A stretch of DNA of 64,000 nt from Eledone cirrhosa. Its lineage: Eukaryota. How positions within the stretch are numbered: position 1 is the first letter of the stretch; each line of letters opens with the position of its first letter. The stretch spans positions 119,846,001-119,910,000 of the forward strand of contig OZ024742.1 of NCBI GenBank assembly GCA_964016885.1, written 5' to 3'. Shown here one piece after another: positions 1 to 16,850 of the stretch. Below the pieces are notes generated by a model. The model saw nothing but the letters and a program-made list of their open reading frames with translations. It did no database searches and had not been told where the DNA came from. The position numbers were made by a program, and so were the translations under genes.

Positions 1-304
1 GCCAGCGACTTGAAAACTCTGGTACAAACACTACACTTGTGACAATTATTGACACATAGTGCTGGGCCCACGGTACCATGTGACGACAAGTGCAGAGAGA
101 TCTCCAGATATAAAGCAATGCCTGTGCCGTGAAGCTTTTATAGTGAGCAAAGGCATTGCACAAAGCCAGTCCCACTCTCTTAACCAAGATGATATTTACC
201 AAAAAGAAGAACAAGTCAACATCATTGGATACCATCAGGGTTGCAGGTGTTATATGAAGAGTTTTCCTTCTCCTAGAATTCTGCCTTGACAAAGGCTAAG
301 GGGT

Positions 305-305
<1 letters not shown>

Positions 306-348
<43 letters not shown>

Positions 349-433
349 CATATATATATACATATATATATATATATACATATATATATACATATATATA
401 TACACATATATATATATATACATATATATATAC

Positions 434-466
<33 letters not shown>

Positions 467-496
467 GACATATATATATATATATATGTATATATA

Positions 497-546
<50 letters not shown>

Positions 547-623
547 CATATATACATATATATATATATACATGTATATATATATAGACATATATATATA
601 TATATAGACATATATATATATAT

Positions 624-656
<33 letters not shown>

Positions 657-703
657 TGTATATATATATACATATATATATATATATACACATATATATA
701 TAC

Positions 704-734
<31 letters not shown>

Positions 735-831
735 CATATACATATATATATATATACATATACATATATATATATATACATATACATATATATATATACA
801 TATATATATACATATACATATATACATATAC

Positions 832-910
<79 letters not shown>

Positions 911-937
911 ATCATATATATATATACACATATATAC

Positions 938-970
<33 letters not shown>
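306..970. repeat. (TA)n microsatellite with TACA/TAGA interruptions
   Basis: Read directly. Confidence 0.97.
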
Positions 971-1663
971 GATGTACAGGGAAATTAGAAAGTAGAAGTC
1001 GCATTGATAGACACATTTTTCAAATGCAGGAGGGCGCTATAGAAGTGGTTGATAGCTTCTGGTACCTAGGAGATCAGATTAGCATGGGAGGAGGGTGTTC
1101 CGAGGCCATAGTATCTAGAATAAGGACGGGTTGGAAGAAGTTTAGGGAGCTGCTTCCTCTGTTGACGAAGAAGGGTTTCTCCCTGCGTACGAAAGACCGG
1201 TTGTATGATGCCTGTGTGAGGAGCGCGATGCTGCATGGTAGTGAGACATGGGCAGCAACTGCAGAGGATATGCGACGGCTGGAGAGAAATGAGACAAGCA
1301 TGCTCCGTTGGATGTGCAGTGTAAATGTGCGTGAACGACCCAGCATAAATGTGTTGAGAGAGAAACTGTGTCTAAGAGGTATAGAATGTAGTGTACGGGA
1401 GAGGAGATTGAGGTGGTATGGACATGTGATGCACATGGAGGATGACCGATGGGTGAAGAAGTGCCAGGAATTGCCAGTTGAAGGAAGACGTGGTAGAGGT
1501 AGACCACGAAAAACATGGGCGGAGGTGGTGAGAACAGACCTCAGATCATTGAAGCTCACGGTAAAGATGACGAGGGACCGTGACGAGTGGAGAGATCCTG
1601 TGCTGAATAAGACCCGTCCCACCCTTGCAAGCAGGGAGAAGCGGACGTAAAATGATGATGATG

Positions 1664-1665
<2 letters not shown>
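971..1665 (+). mobile_element. 5'-truncated RTE-clade LINE, subfamily A (no 3'UTR; stop abuts (ATG)n tail)
   Basis: [28 protein letters not shown]; stop at 1650 then atgatgatg; TA tracts on both sides. Confidence 0.9.
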
Positions 1666-3989
<2,324 letters not shown>

Positions 3990-4608
3990 ATCATCATCAA
4001 CGTTTAACGTCCGTGTTCCACGCTTGCATGGGTTTGGACGGGGGTAGTCCCACTTGAGGCAAGAGTGATTGTCTTGCTCGCATAGGACTGTCTGGCAGGT
4101 TTTCTACAGTTGGATGCCCTTCCTAACACCAACCACATTTACAGTGTGGGTCTGGGAGGTTTTTACCGTGTTGCCTACACGGCCACATTACAGCGTGGAC
4201 TGTGTGTTTTTTTGTCGTGACACCTACACGATCTCATTTGTTTCGGCCTATGGCGCGGCACCAACATAACTTTACATAGAACGGGGTGGTGTGGATGGGG
4301 TGGGGGTGGTGGTGGTGGGATGGGGTGTATTTTGTTAGAGATGCCTACTGGTTGGAGTAGGTTTTACTATATATTTAGGTAAGGCGGGTCTTCTCTGTTA
4401 CTGAGTACCGCCAAAGGTCTCGGTCCAGTGACATTGTCTTGGAGAGGTGTAAGTGTGTGATGTCGGAGTTTATCAGCTCGTCCCAGGTTTTTCTAGGTCT
4501 ACCTATTCCGTGACTACCGTCTATCTTTATTGCCCTGCACTTTGTTATACAGCTATCGACTTTCATGCGCATCACGTGTCCATACCAACGTAGCCTTCTC
4601 TCGAGTAA
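3990..4608 (-). mobile_element. RTE LINE 3' fragment, subfamily B, with 3'UTR
   Basis: RRLRWYGHV...GRPRKTW; nearly identical to 50690-51308. Confidence 0.9.
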
Positions 4609-5794
4609 CATATATATATATATATATATATCAGTTCTAACATTTTTTAAGCTTGTTGAATGCCAGCAAATTAAATATAACCTCTGCATATATATATATA
4701 TACATACATATATATATATATATATATGCACAGGTTATATTTAATTTGTTGGATTCAACAAGCTTAAAAAATGTTATAACTGATATAAAGCACTCAACAG
4801 TTTAGTGGAGTAAATACGCAATATATTAATAAATGGAAACTATATTTATAAAACCATATTTATTTTATTATATATATCTGAAGGGCAACCAACGCAAATT
4901 ATAGTGCGCTTTCATCAGATAAAATACAGATTTGTTTTATAAATAAATATTGACCTACCCGGAAAAAAGACAACCTTAACGGTTGGAACTTCCTGGATAG
5001 TGGAGATAATATTTTATTGAGGGTAATACAAAGTTATGAGTGAGTATGGTAATGAGTGTCCGAAAAGTTGAAAAGATAACGGTTTATTTCAATTAAACTG
5101 TTGGAAGAAGATGATATGTAAGGGAGAGAGAAAAGAAAGAGAAAGAGAGAAGAGGAAAGAAAGAACGATTATACATAGTGATAGTGAAGATAGTCAGAAT
5201 GAACGAAGAAATAAATTTTAATGGAAAAATATACAGAGGTAAATATATCTAAGTGAAAGAAGAAATAAGATTAACGTGGAAGAATAATATTTAGAATGTA
5301 GAGTTCATTACGTTGTGATTATAATATTTATAATGATAAGTTGAAAAAATAAAATAAAATTAAAAATTAAAAATCAAAATTAAAGATTAAAATTTACCTT
5401 AATATTAAAAATTTAATTTAATATTAATATTAAAAATTAAAATTAAAACGGAAATATTTATATTATATTAAGATGTATTAGTAATAATATATTGGTTTAG
5501 ATGTGTATGTTATTGATTATAAATATATAGTATTTTACATTAGAGAAAATCTAGTATAGTTTATTTTATTAAAGTAAGTTTGGCAAAATTATATTTATTA
5601 ATAGTTGTAAGTCAAAACTTAAACATCCAAATAATTCTAAATTTATGAAAATTTACGAGAGTTTACAAAGTTTATAAAAACAGTAAGGGAGAAGTATAAA
5701 GGAAGTTAGAAGTGATTTTTTTTTTTTTTTTTTTTTTTTAAGAACTCAAATGACTCCAAGGATACATAAAAACACCTTTCAAAATATATTTTGC

Positions 5795-7327
<1,533 letters not shown>

Positions 7328-8318
7328 TCATCATCATCACCGTTTTACGTCCGTTCTTCCACGCTAGCATGGGTTAGACGGGTTGTCCTGTTGTGGGCAG
7401 TGTCTGGTCGGCTGACCATGCCTTGCTCATACAGGAACTGATCTGGCTTGATTTCTACAGCTGGATGCCCTTCCTAACACCAACCTCATTTACAGTGAGT
7501 GCTGGGTGCTTTTTCGTGGCGCCTACACGTCCACTTTACAGTGTGGGCTGGGTGCTTTTTTGCCGTGGCACCTCCACGACCACCTTGCGGTGGGGGGGGG
7601 GGGGGGGCATATTGTTTATATGCTTCAGCATGTACCCATGGGAGGTCGGGTACCCTGTATTACTGCGTGACGCCAGAAGTCACGGTCGTGTGTCATTGAC
7701 TTTGAGAGGTGTAGTTGGGTAAGGTCGGCTTTTATCACCTCATCCCAAGTCATCTTGGGTCTCCCCACTCCGCGGTTTCCATCAACTTCTAGTGCTCTGC
7801 ACCTTTTTATGCAGCTGTCATCCTTCATACGCATCACATGTCCATACCAGCGTAACCGCCTCTCCTGCACGCAGCATTTGATTCCTCTTATGCTCAGTCT
7901 CTCTCTCAATTCATTTATGCTTTGTCGTTCACGTATATTACTGTTACACATCCATCGGAGCATGCAGGCTTCGTTTCTCTCTAATCTACGTAAGTCTTCC
8001 ACCTTCAGCGCCCAGGTCTCACTACCATGCAACATCGCTGTTCGGATACACGCATCATACAGTCTGCCTTTCATTCTGAGGGAGAAGCCTTTTGCAGCTA
8101 GCAGTGGTAGTAGTTCCCTAAACTTCTTCCATCCCGTTCTTACCCTAGTTATTGTACTTTCTGAGCACCCACCTCCGTTGCTAATTCGGTCACCTAGGTA
8201 GCAGAAGCTGTCTACTGTTTCTACAGGGCCCTCCCAGAGATTGGTGGTACTTGTTTCCTGTGGCTGTTTGCTTGCTGTTTCAGCACAGCTGCTGCATGTG
8301 AATCCTACATTCTTAATT
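7328..8318 (-). mobile_element. 5'-truncated RTE LINE, subfamily C, with 3'UTR
   Basis: FTCSSC...FCYLGD...LHGSETW...RLRWYGHV; (CAT)n on + strand at 7328; TA tracts on both sides. Confidence 0.9.
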
Positions 8319-8516
8319 AAATATATATACATATATATATATACATATATATATATACATATATATATATACATATATATATATACATATATATATATAC
8401 ATATATACATATATATATACATATATACATATATACATATATATATATACATATATACATATATATATATACATATATATATATACATATATACATATAT
8501 ATATATACATATATAC

Positions 8517-8549
<33 letters not shown>

Positions 8550-8562
8550 CATATATATATAC

Positions 8563-8600
<38 letters not shown>

Positions 8601-8669
8601 ATAGTAATAATAATAAAATTGAAGACTAAAATCCGATAAGGAAAATATATATCAAATATATAAGAACCG

Positions 8670-8869
8670 NNNNNNNNNNNNNNNNNNNNNNNNNNNNNNN
8701 NNNNNNNNNNNNNNNNNNNNNNNNNNNNNNNNNNNNNNNNNNNNNNNNNNNNNNNNNNNNNNNNNNNNNNNNNNNNNNNNNNNNNNNNNNNNNNNNNNNN
8801 NNNNNNNNNNNNNNNNNNNNNNNNNNNNNNNNNNNNNNNNNNNNNNNNNNNNNNNNNNNNNNNNNNNNN
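8670..8869. other. Assembly gap (200 N)
   Basis: Run of n. Confidence 0.99.
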
Positions 8870-8953
<84 letters not shown>

Positions 8954-8979
8954 CATATATATATATATATATATTATAC

Positions 8980-9010
<31 letters not shown>

Positions 9011-9239
9011 ATATATATATTATACATATATATATATATATTATATATATATATATATATATTATACATATATATATATATATATTATATATATATATAT
9101 ATATATTATACATATATATATATATATATTATATATATATATATATATATTATACATATATATATATATATATTATATATATATATATATATATTATACA
9201 TATATATATATATATATTATATATATATATATATATATT

Positions 9240-9286
<47 letters not shown>

Positions 9287-9297
9287 ATATATATATT

Positions 9298-9339
<42 letters not shown>

Positions 9340-9343
9340 CATA

Positions 9344-9418
<75 letters not shown>

Positions 9419-9422
9419 CATA

Positions 9423-9495
<73 letters not shown>

Positions 9496-9499
9496 CATA

Positions 9500-9531
<32 letters not shown>

Positions 9532-9532
9532 T

Positions 9533-9572
<40 letters not shown>

Positions 9573-9576
9573 CATA

Positions 9577-9651
<75 letters not shown>

Positions 9652-9676
9652 CATATATATATTATATATATACATA

Positions 9677-9751
<75 letters not shown>

Positions 9752-9755
9752 CATA

Positions 9756-9820
<65 letters not shown>

Positions 9821-9824
9821 CATA

Positions 9825-9862
<38 letters not shown>

Positions 9863-9866
9863 CATA

Positions 9867-9904
<38 letters not shown>

Positions 9905-9908
9905 CATA

Positions 9909-9946
<38 letters not shown>

Positions 9947-9950
9947 CATA

Positions 9951-9988
<38 letters not shown>

Positions 9989-9992
9989 CATA

Positions 9993-10030
<38 letters not shown>

Positions 10031-10049
10031 CATATATATATTATACATA

Positions 10050-10087
<38 letters not shown>

Positions 10088-10099
10088 CATATATATATT

Positions 10100-10172
<73 letters not shown>

Positions 10173-10184
10173 CATATATATATT

Positions 10185-10257
<73 letters not shown>

Positions 10258-10269
10258 CATATATATATT

Positions 10270-10309
<40 letters not shown>

Positions 10310-10321
10310 CATATATATATT

Positions 10322-10365
<44 letters not shown>

Positions 10366-10385
10366 CATATATATATATATATATA
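8870..10385. repeat. (TA)n array with TTATACA variant units
   Basis: Read directly. Confidence 0.96.
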
Positions 10386-10592
10386 TCATCATCATCATCA
10401 TCATTTTACATCCACTTTTCCCTGCTTGCAAGGATGGGACGGGAACTGATTCTGGCTTGATTTATACAGCTGGATGCCCATCCTGACACCAACCTCATTT
10501 ACAGTGAGTGCTGGGTGCTTTTTTCCGTGGCACCTACACGACCACTTTACAGTGTGGGCTGGTGCTTTTTTGCTGTGGCACCTCCACCACCT
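10386..10592 (-). mobile_element. 3' part of the RTE-tailed SINE
   Basis: Reverse complement of the body and tail of the 24813-25206 SINE. Confidence 0.8.
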
Positions 10593-11304
10593 GTATATAT
10601 TTCAGTGGAATGTTGTCTGTATATTACTATATGAACACGCCAGACAACAACATGACTGTAACATAGACAACATAGAAATTAAAATAATATCTAAACATAG
10701 AAATGACCCAGCAGATAGGCAAATCAGCGAGGCAAGTGAAATAGAACTTAGAAGGCCAAAGCTAAACAGAAACAAATATAAAGGGAATAACAACAACACC
10801 CAAACAAACAATACTGACCCAAGAGAAATATAAATAAATAAATAAATACATACACAAGCACAATAACAACAAACACATATAAACACACACTAGTAAACTA
10901 AGATAGAATACAATAACCAAAACACAGTCACCCAAACGCGAACACACATCAAACACTATACACAAATGCAAACGCATGCACAGAGAAGAAGACAAAAATA
11001 AATAAATAAAAAAACAGATTAAATAAAGATGGTGTAGACATACAATACAACAGGAGGAAATATAATAGCATCACTGACGATGTTTCAGATGTGCACCGAA
11101 AGAACTTTGTTAGACTATATATATGTGTGTGTGTCTATATTATATCTGCATGTTTGACCGTTGGTCAGTCAATGGTAAACATTGAGGACCGAATAAATTA
11201 ACTGATATAAAAGATACAGAAACAAAAACCAACCAAACAGTGAGTCTGTTCTATTATTAATTCTGGCAATATTATTACAACAATATGACCCTCCCCAAGT
11301 ATAA

Positions 11305-11470
<166 letters not shown>

Positions 11471-11877
11471 GAATGGTCATGGTTATAGGAACAGGAAGTA
11501 CAACCGTACGAACGCGCATGCGCAGAAACCCGGTCACTTCACACAGGCAATACTAGATTGCATGCGAGAGGTGTAAGGGAGATAACTGTGAAAGTCCGAA
11601 AAGTTTTTAGATTGAAAATAAAATTACAAAGAATCAGTCCGGAGCCTTGTAGTTATGCAATAGGTGTTTGGCGACATGTGGATAACGTGAGAAAAATTCT
11701 CTCCTCGTGTTTAGGCAATCACTATTGCGTAATCTCTTTAGAATAGTTATTCATTCGTCAATACATAAGCCACACGTCGGATTTCCCCTTGCGTATGGCT
11801 TGGACTCCTCTGTTATAGCCTGAAGGGCAATAATAAATAGGAGGGGGTTAATAAATATATACATATATATAGCTATG

Positions 11878-11915
<38 letters not shown>

Positions 11916-11947
11916 TATATACATAGCTATATATATATATATATATA

Positions 11948-13330
11948 TTAGCCCCCTCCTATTTATTATTGCCCTTCAGGCTATAACAGAGGAGTTCAAG
12001 ACCGGCTGCCCATGGGAACTCCTATACACTGATGATCTAACGCTTATAGCTGAATCAATGGCTGAACTAGAGAAGAAATTCGAAACATGGAAGCATGGCC
12101 TAGAATCAAAAGCCCTTAAAATTAACTTGTCTAAGACTAAAGTTCTAGTATGTAGGAAGGAAAATAGGGCACTGGTCCCATCTGGGAAATGGCTATGCTC
12201 AGTGTGTAGGAAAAGAGTAGGCAGAAACTCCATTTTATGTCCCAAATGCAAAGTAAGGGTGCATAAAAGATGTAGTGGGATCACAGGTAAGCTAACTAAG
12301 AATATAGATTTTATATGTGGCCAGTGCGCAGGTGTAATAAGTAGCAGCAAGTGCCCACAGAATACTAGCCCATTCCATTGCACAGATGGTTCTATAGAAA
12401 TAGTGGACACCTTCCATTACCTGGGTGACAAAATCAGCAGTGGTGGAGGGTACTCTGAAAGTACAGTAGCTAGAGTCAGAACGGGATGGAAAAAGTTGGC
12501 CGCTAAAGGTTTCTCTCTAAAAATAAAAGGCAGGCTGTTTGATGCCTGCATACGAACAGCAATGTTACATGGCAGTGAGACTTGGGCATTGTGTGCAGAG
12601 GATCTACGCAGACTGGAGAGGAACGAAGCTTGCATGCTCTGTTGGATGTGTAATAGTAATATACGTGAACGGCAAAGCATAAATGAACTAAGTGAGAAAT
12701 TAGGAATAAAAGGGATCAGATACTGTTTACTCGAGAGAAGACTATGTTGGTATGGTCACGTGTTGCGCATGAAAGACGACAGCTGTATAAAAAAGTGCAG
12801 GGCGATCAAAATAGACATTAGCCACGGAGTAGGCAGATCCAGAAAAACCTGGGACGACTTGATAAATTCCGACCTCACCAGGACAATGTCACTGGACCGA
12901 GATCTTTGGCGCTCTGCAGTAATACAGAAGACCTGCCTTGCCTAAGTGCAAAGCTAAACCTACAGTCAGTAGGCACCTCTTACCAAAATACACCCCCGTC
13001 CCACTACCCCCACTCCATCCACGCTACCCCCTTCCGATGTTAAGTTATGTTGGTACCACAACATCCAGTTCAAAATAAATGAGGTCGTGTAGGTGTCACG
13101 ACAAAAAAACACACAGTCCACGCTGTAATGTGGCCGTGTAGGTAACACGGTAAAAACCTCCCAGTCCACACTGTAAACGTGGTTGGTGTTAGGAAGGGCA
13201 TCCAGCCGTAGAAAACCCGCCAGACAGTCCTATACGGGCAAGACAACCAATCTTGCCTCAACTGGGAAAATTACCATCCAAACCCATGCTAGCGTGGAAG
13301 ATGGACGTTAAATGATGATGATGATGATGA

Positions 13331-13333
<3 letters not shown>
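11948..13333 (+). mobile_element. 5'-truncated RTE LINE (RT domains 4-7 with inserted C4HC3 finger, 3'UTR, (ATG)n tail)
   Basis: SPLLF, LLYTDDL, KTK, CxxC..CxxC..HxxC..CxxC, F.YLG, LHGSETW in ORF 11875-12945. Confidence 0.92.
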
Positions 13334-13380
<47 letters not shown>

Positions 13381-13396
13381 CATAGCTATATATATA

Positions 13397-14691
13397 CAGG
13401 GTGCGGACGATATTTGTTCACAATTTTCAACTGCTAATTTTATGCAAATTTTTTTTACTTCCGTTGTCACTCTTGTCTTCATAAAAACAGTGACTATATT
13501 TTCATTATTTATTTTCAGAATAATTGATTATGAATAATTTTGAAACTCCAAATTTGTGGAAGAGACACGGAGTTCTTCTTGGAATCCGCGCCGGGAGGAC
13601 AAATAAGGAAATTTCAGACTTTCTCAGCGTCAGCAGGAGTATGGTGGAAAAGGTCAGAAAGGAATTGTAAGATTCAGAATTCGACTACGAAGCAACATCA
13701 GAGAAGAAAATACATGATTGACGATCTGATGCCTTCAGAACGCCCGAGTTCGTCACTGAAGTTCAGGATATCATCAACAATGAACCTAGCAAGTCGATGC
13801 GTGCCATTGCAAGGGAGAAAGGCGTGGATGAAAAGCTCATTAGGCTGGTGGTACATGAAGACATTCGCTACGTTTCATACAGAATAGGAAAGGACAATTT
13901 CTGTCAAAGGCGATGCAAGAAAAGCGATTGAAGCACGCAAAGAAGCTGATCAACAAGTTGAAACACCCACTGGAGCCAGACATGTTGTGGTTTTTCTCCG
14001 ACGAGAAAAACTTCTGCCAAGATCAGATCAACTCTCAGAACAACAGGTGGCTCGCTGTCTCATCCAAAGACGCGCTCAGAGTCATGCAGACAAAGTTTCC
14101 AGTGACAACATTGGTCTTAGGTGTCGTCAGCAGTCAACGTGACGTCATGCCACCTAACTTCTTCCCTGAGGGCCTCAAGCTGAACGCCGATGGCTACATC
14201 CGCGTCCTGAGCGAGGTAGTAAAGCCCTGGATCGACAAGGTAACTGCAGGTAGGCCGTACGTGTGGCAGCAAGACTCAGCGCCCTGCCATACCAGCCGAA
14301 AGACCTAAGCCTGGCTTCACCTGACCACACTTCACCTGACATCCGGCCTCCCAGATCGCCTGATTGCAACCCCCTCGACTTCTTTGTGTGGGGCGCAGTG
14401 GAACGAGACACCAACAGATCTAGCTGCAATACGAAAGACAGTCTGAAGGCCAGGATCACAAGTGCCTTTAGGGGCCTAAGTCGGGGGACAGTGACGAAGG
14501 CCTGTAGCCGGTTCCGAGGCCGCCTTGAGGCCGTCATCAAAGCCAATGGTGGGGTTTATCAAGTGAGATCGAAAGAACAAGTCATGAAGACAAATTGACC
14601 CAAGTTTGATAAATAAATCTTAAAAAATAAAACTACTGTGTTATTTTCCCTCGACAGTAATCTTGCGAACAAATATCGTTCGCACCCTCTG
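13397..14691 (+). mobile_element. Tc1/mariner superfamily transposon (maT/DD37D-like), near full length, disrupted transposase
   Basis: TIRs CAGGGTGCGGACGATATTTGTTCACAA / TTGCGAACAAATATCGTTCGCACCCTCTG, TA flanks; FSDEKNF, WQQDSAPCH, PPRSPDCNPLDFFVW across frameshifts. Confidence 0.9.
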
Positions 14692-14730
14692 TATATATAA
14701 CATATATATAACATATATATATATATATAT

Positions 14731-14992
14731 AGTAATAATAATAAATTTGAAGACTAAAATCCAAAGAGAGCTCGATAAGGATAAATATATATCAAATATA
14801 AAAGAACTATAAAGCAAGTATTTATTAAAATAACAGATTAAAGTTTAAGCAAAGAATCGCTGCTTTCACCCTTAACGGGATCTTCTGAAACTAACAAAGT
14901 CAATCTGTGAACTTTGTTAATTTCAGAAGATCCCATTAAGGGTGAAAGCAGCGATTCTTTGCTTAAACTTTAATCTGTTATTTTAATAAATA
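14731..14992. mobile_element. Short foldback element (leader plus about 82-bp-arm hairpin); related copies at 16479-16820 and 8603-8669
   Basis: Inverted arms 14819-14900 / 14911-14992; shared leader TTGAAGACTAAAATCC; CAGAAGA-stem-GAAAG core followed by AATAAA. Confidence 0.7.
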
Positions 14993-15056
14993 TATATATA
15001 TATATATTATATACATAGCTATATATATATAAAATATATATATATTATATACATAG

Positions 15057-15104
<48 letters not shown>

Positions 15105-15108
<4 letters not shown>

Positions 15109-15304
15109 CGTTATTCCGGGTTGAATCGGAGGTAACCACAGTAAGTAAGGTACTTAATACATAGCAGAGTATAAAAGTTTTAATATAGATGAGATTCTAC
15201 AGGACTAGAACTGTTTCATTCTTTAGAAATCATCAGGAATCCCTGATGATTTCTAAAGAATGAAACAGTTCTAGTCCTGTAGAATCTCATCTATATTAAA
15301 ACTT
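15105..15304. mobile_element. Short foldback element with perfect 63-bp-arm hairpin containing a CTGATGA...GAAAC core
   Basis: 15175-15237 is the exact reverse complement of 15242-15304; 4-nt loop. Confidence 0.72.
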
Positions 15305-15464
15305 ATATATATAATATATATATATATTGTTACACTTTGGGGGGGTCATGCTGCCAATAACAATATCGGTTTCAACACACGATTTCAGATAAAGAATCTT
15401 GCTAAACAAATTCAGAAACGAAATATATATATATATTATATATATATATATATTATATACATAG

Positions 15465-15512
<48 letters not shown>

Positions 15513-15604
15513 TATATACATTATATATATATATATATATATAATATAAATGGAAAAATGAAACGAAATTTCATTTCTCACTCTTAATACGGCTGTTACT
15601 TAAA

Positions 15605-16087
15605 TATAAGTATGTATACGTACATACATATATGCATACAGACGTACAGTAGTATGTATATATATACATACATGCACACATATATATATGTACGTATGGA
15701 TTTACCGAACATTTATTTCAATGCTTGGTTTGTTTGTAAACAAAGATCCCTAGTGCAAATTAGGCTGCTCAGCCGTTAATATGCATAAGGAAAGTATATA
15801 CTTTCAGACGTGCAATCATCTGGCAGGAAGGTATACAGTGCTGACGATAGCTAATAAGCTTGAAACTAGTACATCGTTCCTTTCTCAGTGTTGAACAAAA
15901 GGGAAACGATGGCTGCTAAACACTGTATGGCTTAATTCGGGATGTTTGTTTACAAACAAACCAAACATTGTAATAAATGTTCTGTAAATCCATACGTACA
16001 TATATATATGTGTGTGCATGTATGTATATATATACATACTACTGTACGTCTGTATACATATATGTATGTACGTATACATACTTATAT
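15605..16087. mobile_element. Inverted-repeat element (about 140-bp arms) with a central hammerhead motif
   Basis: Arms at about 15605-15750 and 15939-16087. Confidence 0.7.
15838..15874 (+). ncRNA. Minimal type I hammerhead ribozyme-like motif
   Basis: GTG CTGACGA T AGCT AATA AGCT T GAAAC TA GTA CAT: both core boxes, stem II, palindromic ACTAGT stem III, 3-bp stem I. Confidence 0.65.
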
Positions 16088-16123
16088 ATAATATATATTA
16101 TATACATAGCTATATATATATAT

Positions 16124-16332
16124 AACAAAGGAATTGTGGTAAGGAACCAGATGGACCATAACGTACCAGAGTACTCAATACTTAGGGTAGTAAAGTGGGA
16201 AATAGGAAAAAGTAAAAAGTATGACCCCGACGGCAGAGCTCAAGCCGTTTCGACAGCTATTTCTGGACGAGAAAGTATCCAGAAATAGCCGTCGAAACGG
16301 CTTGAGCTCTGCCGTAGGGGTCATACTTTTTC

Positions 16333-16334
<2 letters not shown>
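16124..16334. mobile_element. Short foldback element (leader plus GC-rich hairpin); diverged opposite-orientation copy at 61013-61250
   Basis: Hairpin 16211-16331; leader GTACCAGAGTACTCAATACTTAGGGTAGTA matches the reverse complement of 61143-61172. Confidence 0.7.
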
Positions 16335-16372
<38 letters not shown>

Positions 16373-16478
16373 TTTTATATGCATAGCTATATATATATAT
16401 ATAATATATATTTTATATGCATAGCTATATATATATATAATATATATTTCATATACATAGCTATATATATATATATAA

Positions 16479-16820
16479 TAGTAATAATAATAATAATAGT
16501 AATAATAATAAATTTGAAGACTAAAATCCAAAGAGGGCTCGATAAGGATAAATATATATCAAATATATAAGAATTGTAGAGCAAATATTTATTAAAATAA
16601 CATATTAAAGTTTAAGCAAAGAATCGCTGCTTTCAGAAGATCCCGTTAAGGGTGAAAGCAGCGATTCTTTGCTTAAACTTTAATCTGTTATTTTAATAAA
16701 TATTTGCTCTACGGTTCTTATATATTTGATATATATTTATCCTTATCGAGCCCTCTTTGGATTTTAGTCTTCAAATTTATTATTATTACTATTATTATTA
16801 TTATTATTATTACTATTATA
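16479..16820. mobile_element. Full foldback copy of the 14731 element (about 150-bp arms)
   Basis: Arms read directly, centre near 16645. Confidence 0.72.
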
Positions 16821-16850
16821 TATATATATATATTATATATATATATATAT

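Noticed and set aside
1-305. 76-aa ORF or possible upstream exon or endonuclease relic
   Set aside because: No alpha2delta motifs or convincing splice sites; similarity to LINE endonuclease too faint to call
4878-4922. CTGATGA on minus strand within a small hairpin
   Set aside because: No correctly placed GAAA after stem II
13397-14691. Active or domesticated transposase
   Set aside because: Frameshifts, stops and a deletion between the second and third catalytic Asp
16255-16300. Hammerhead in the 16124/61013 foldback family
   Set aside because: CGAAAC is present but there is no CTGANGA box; similar architecture only
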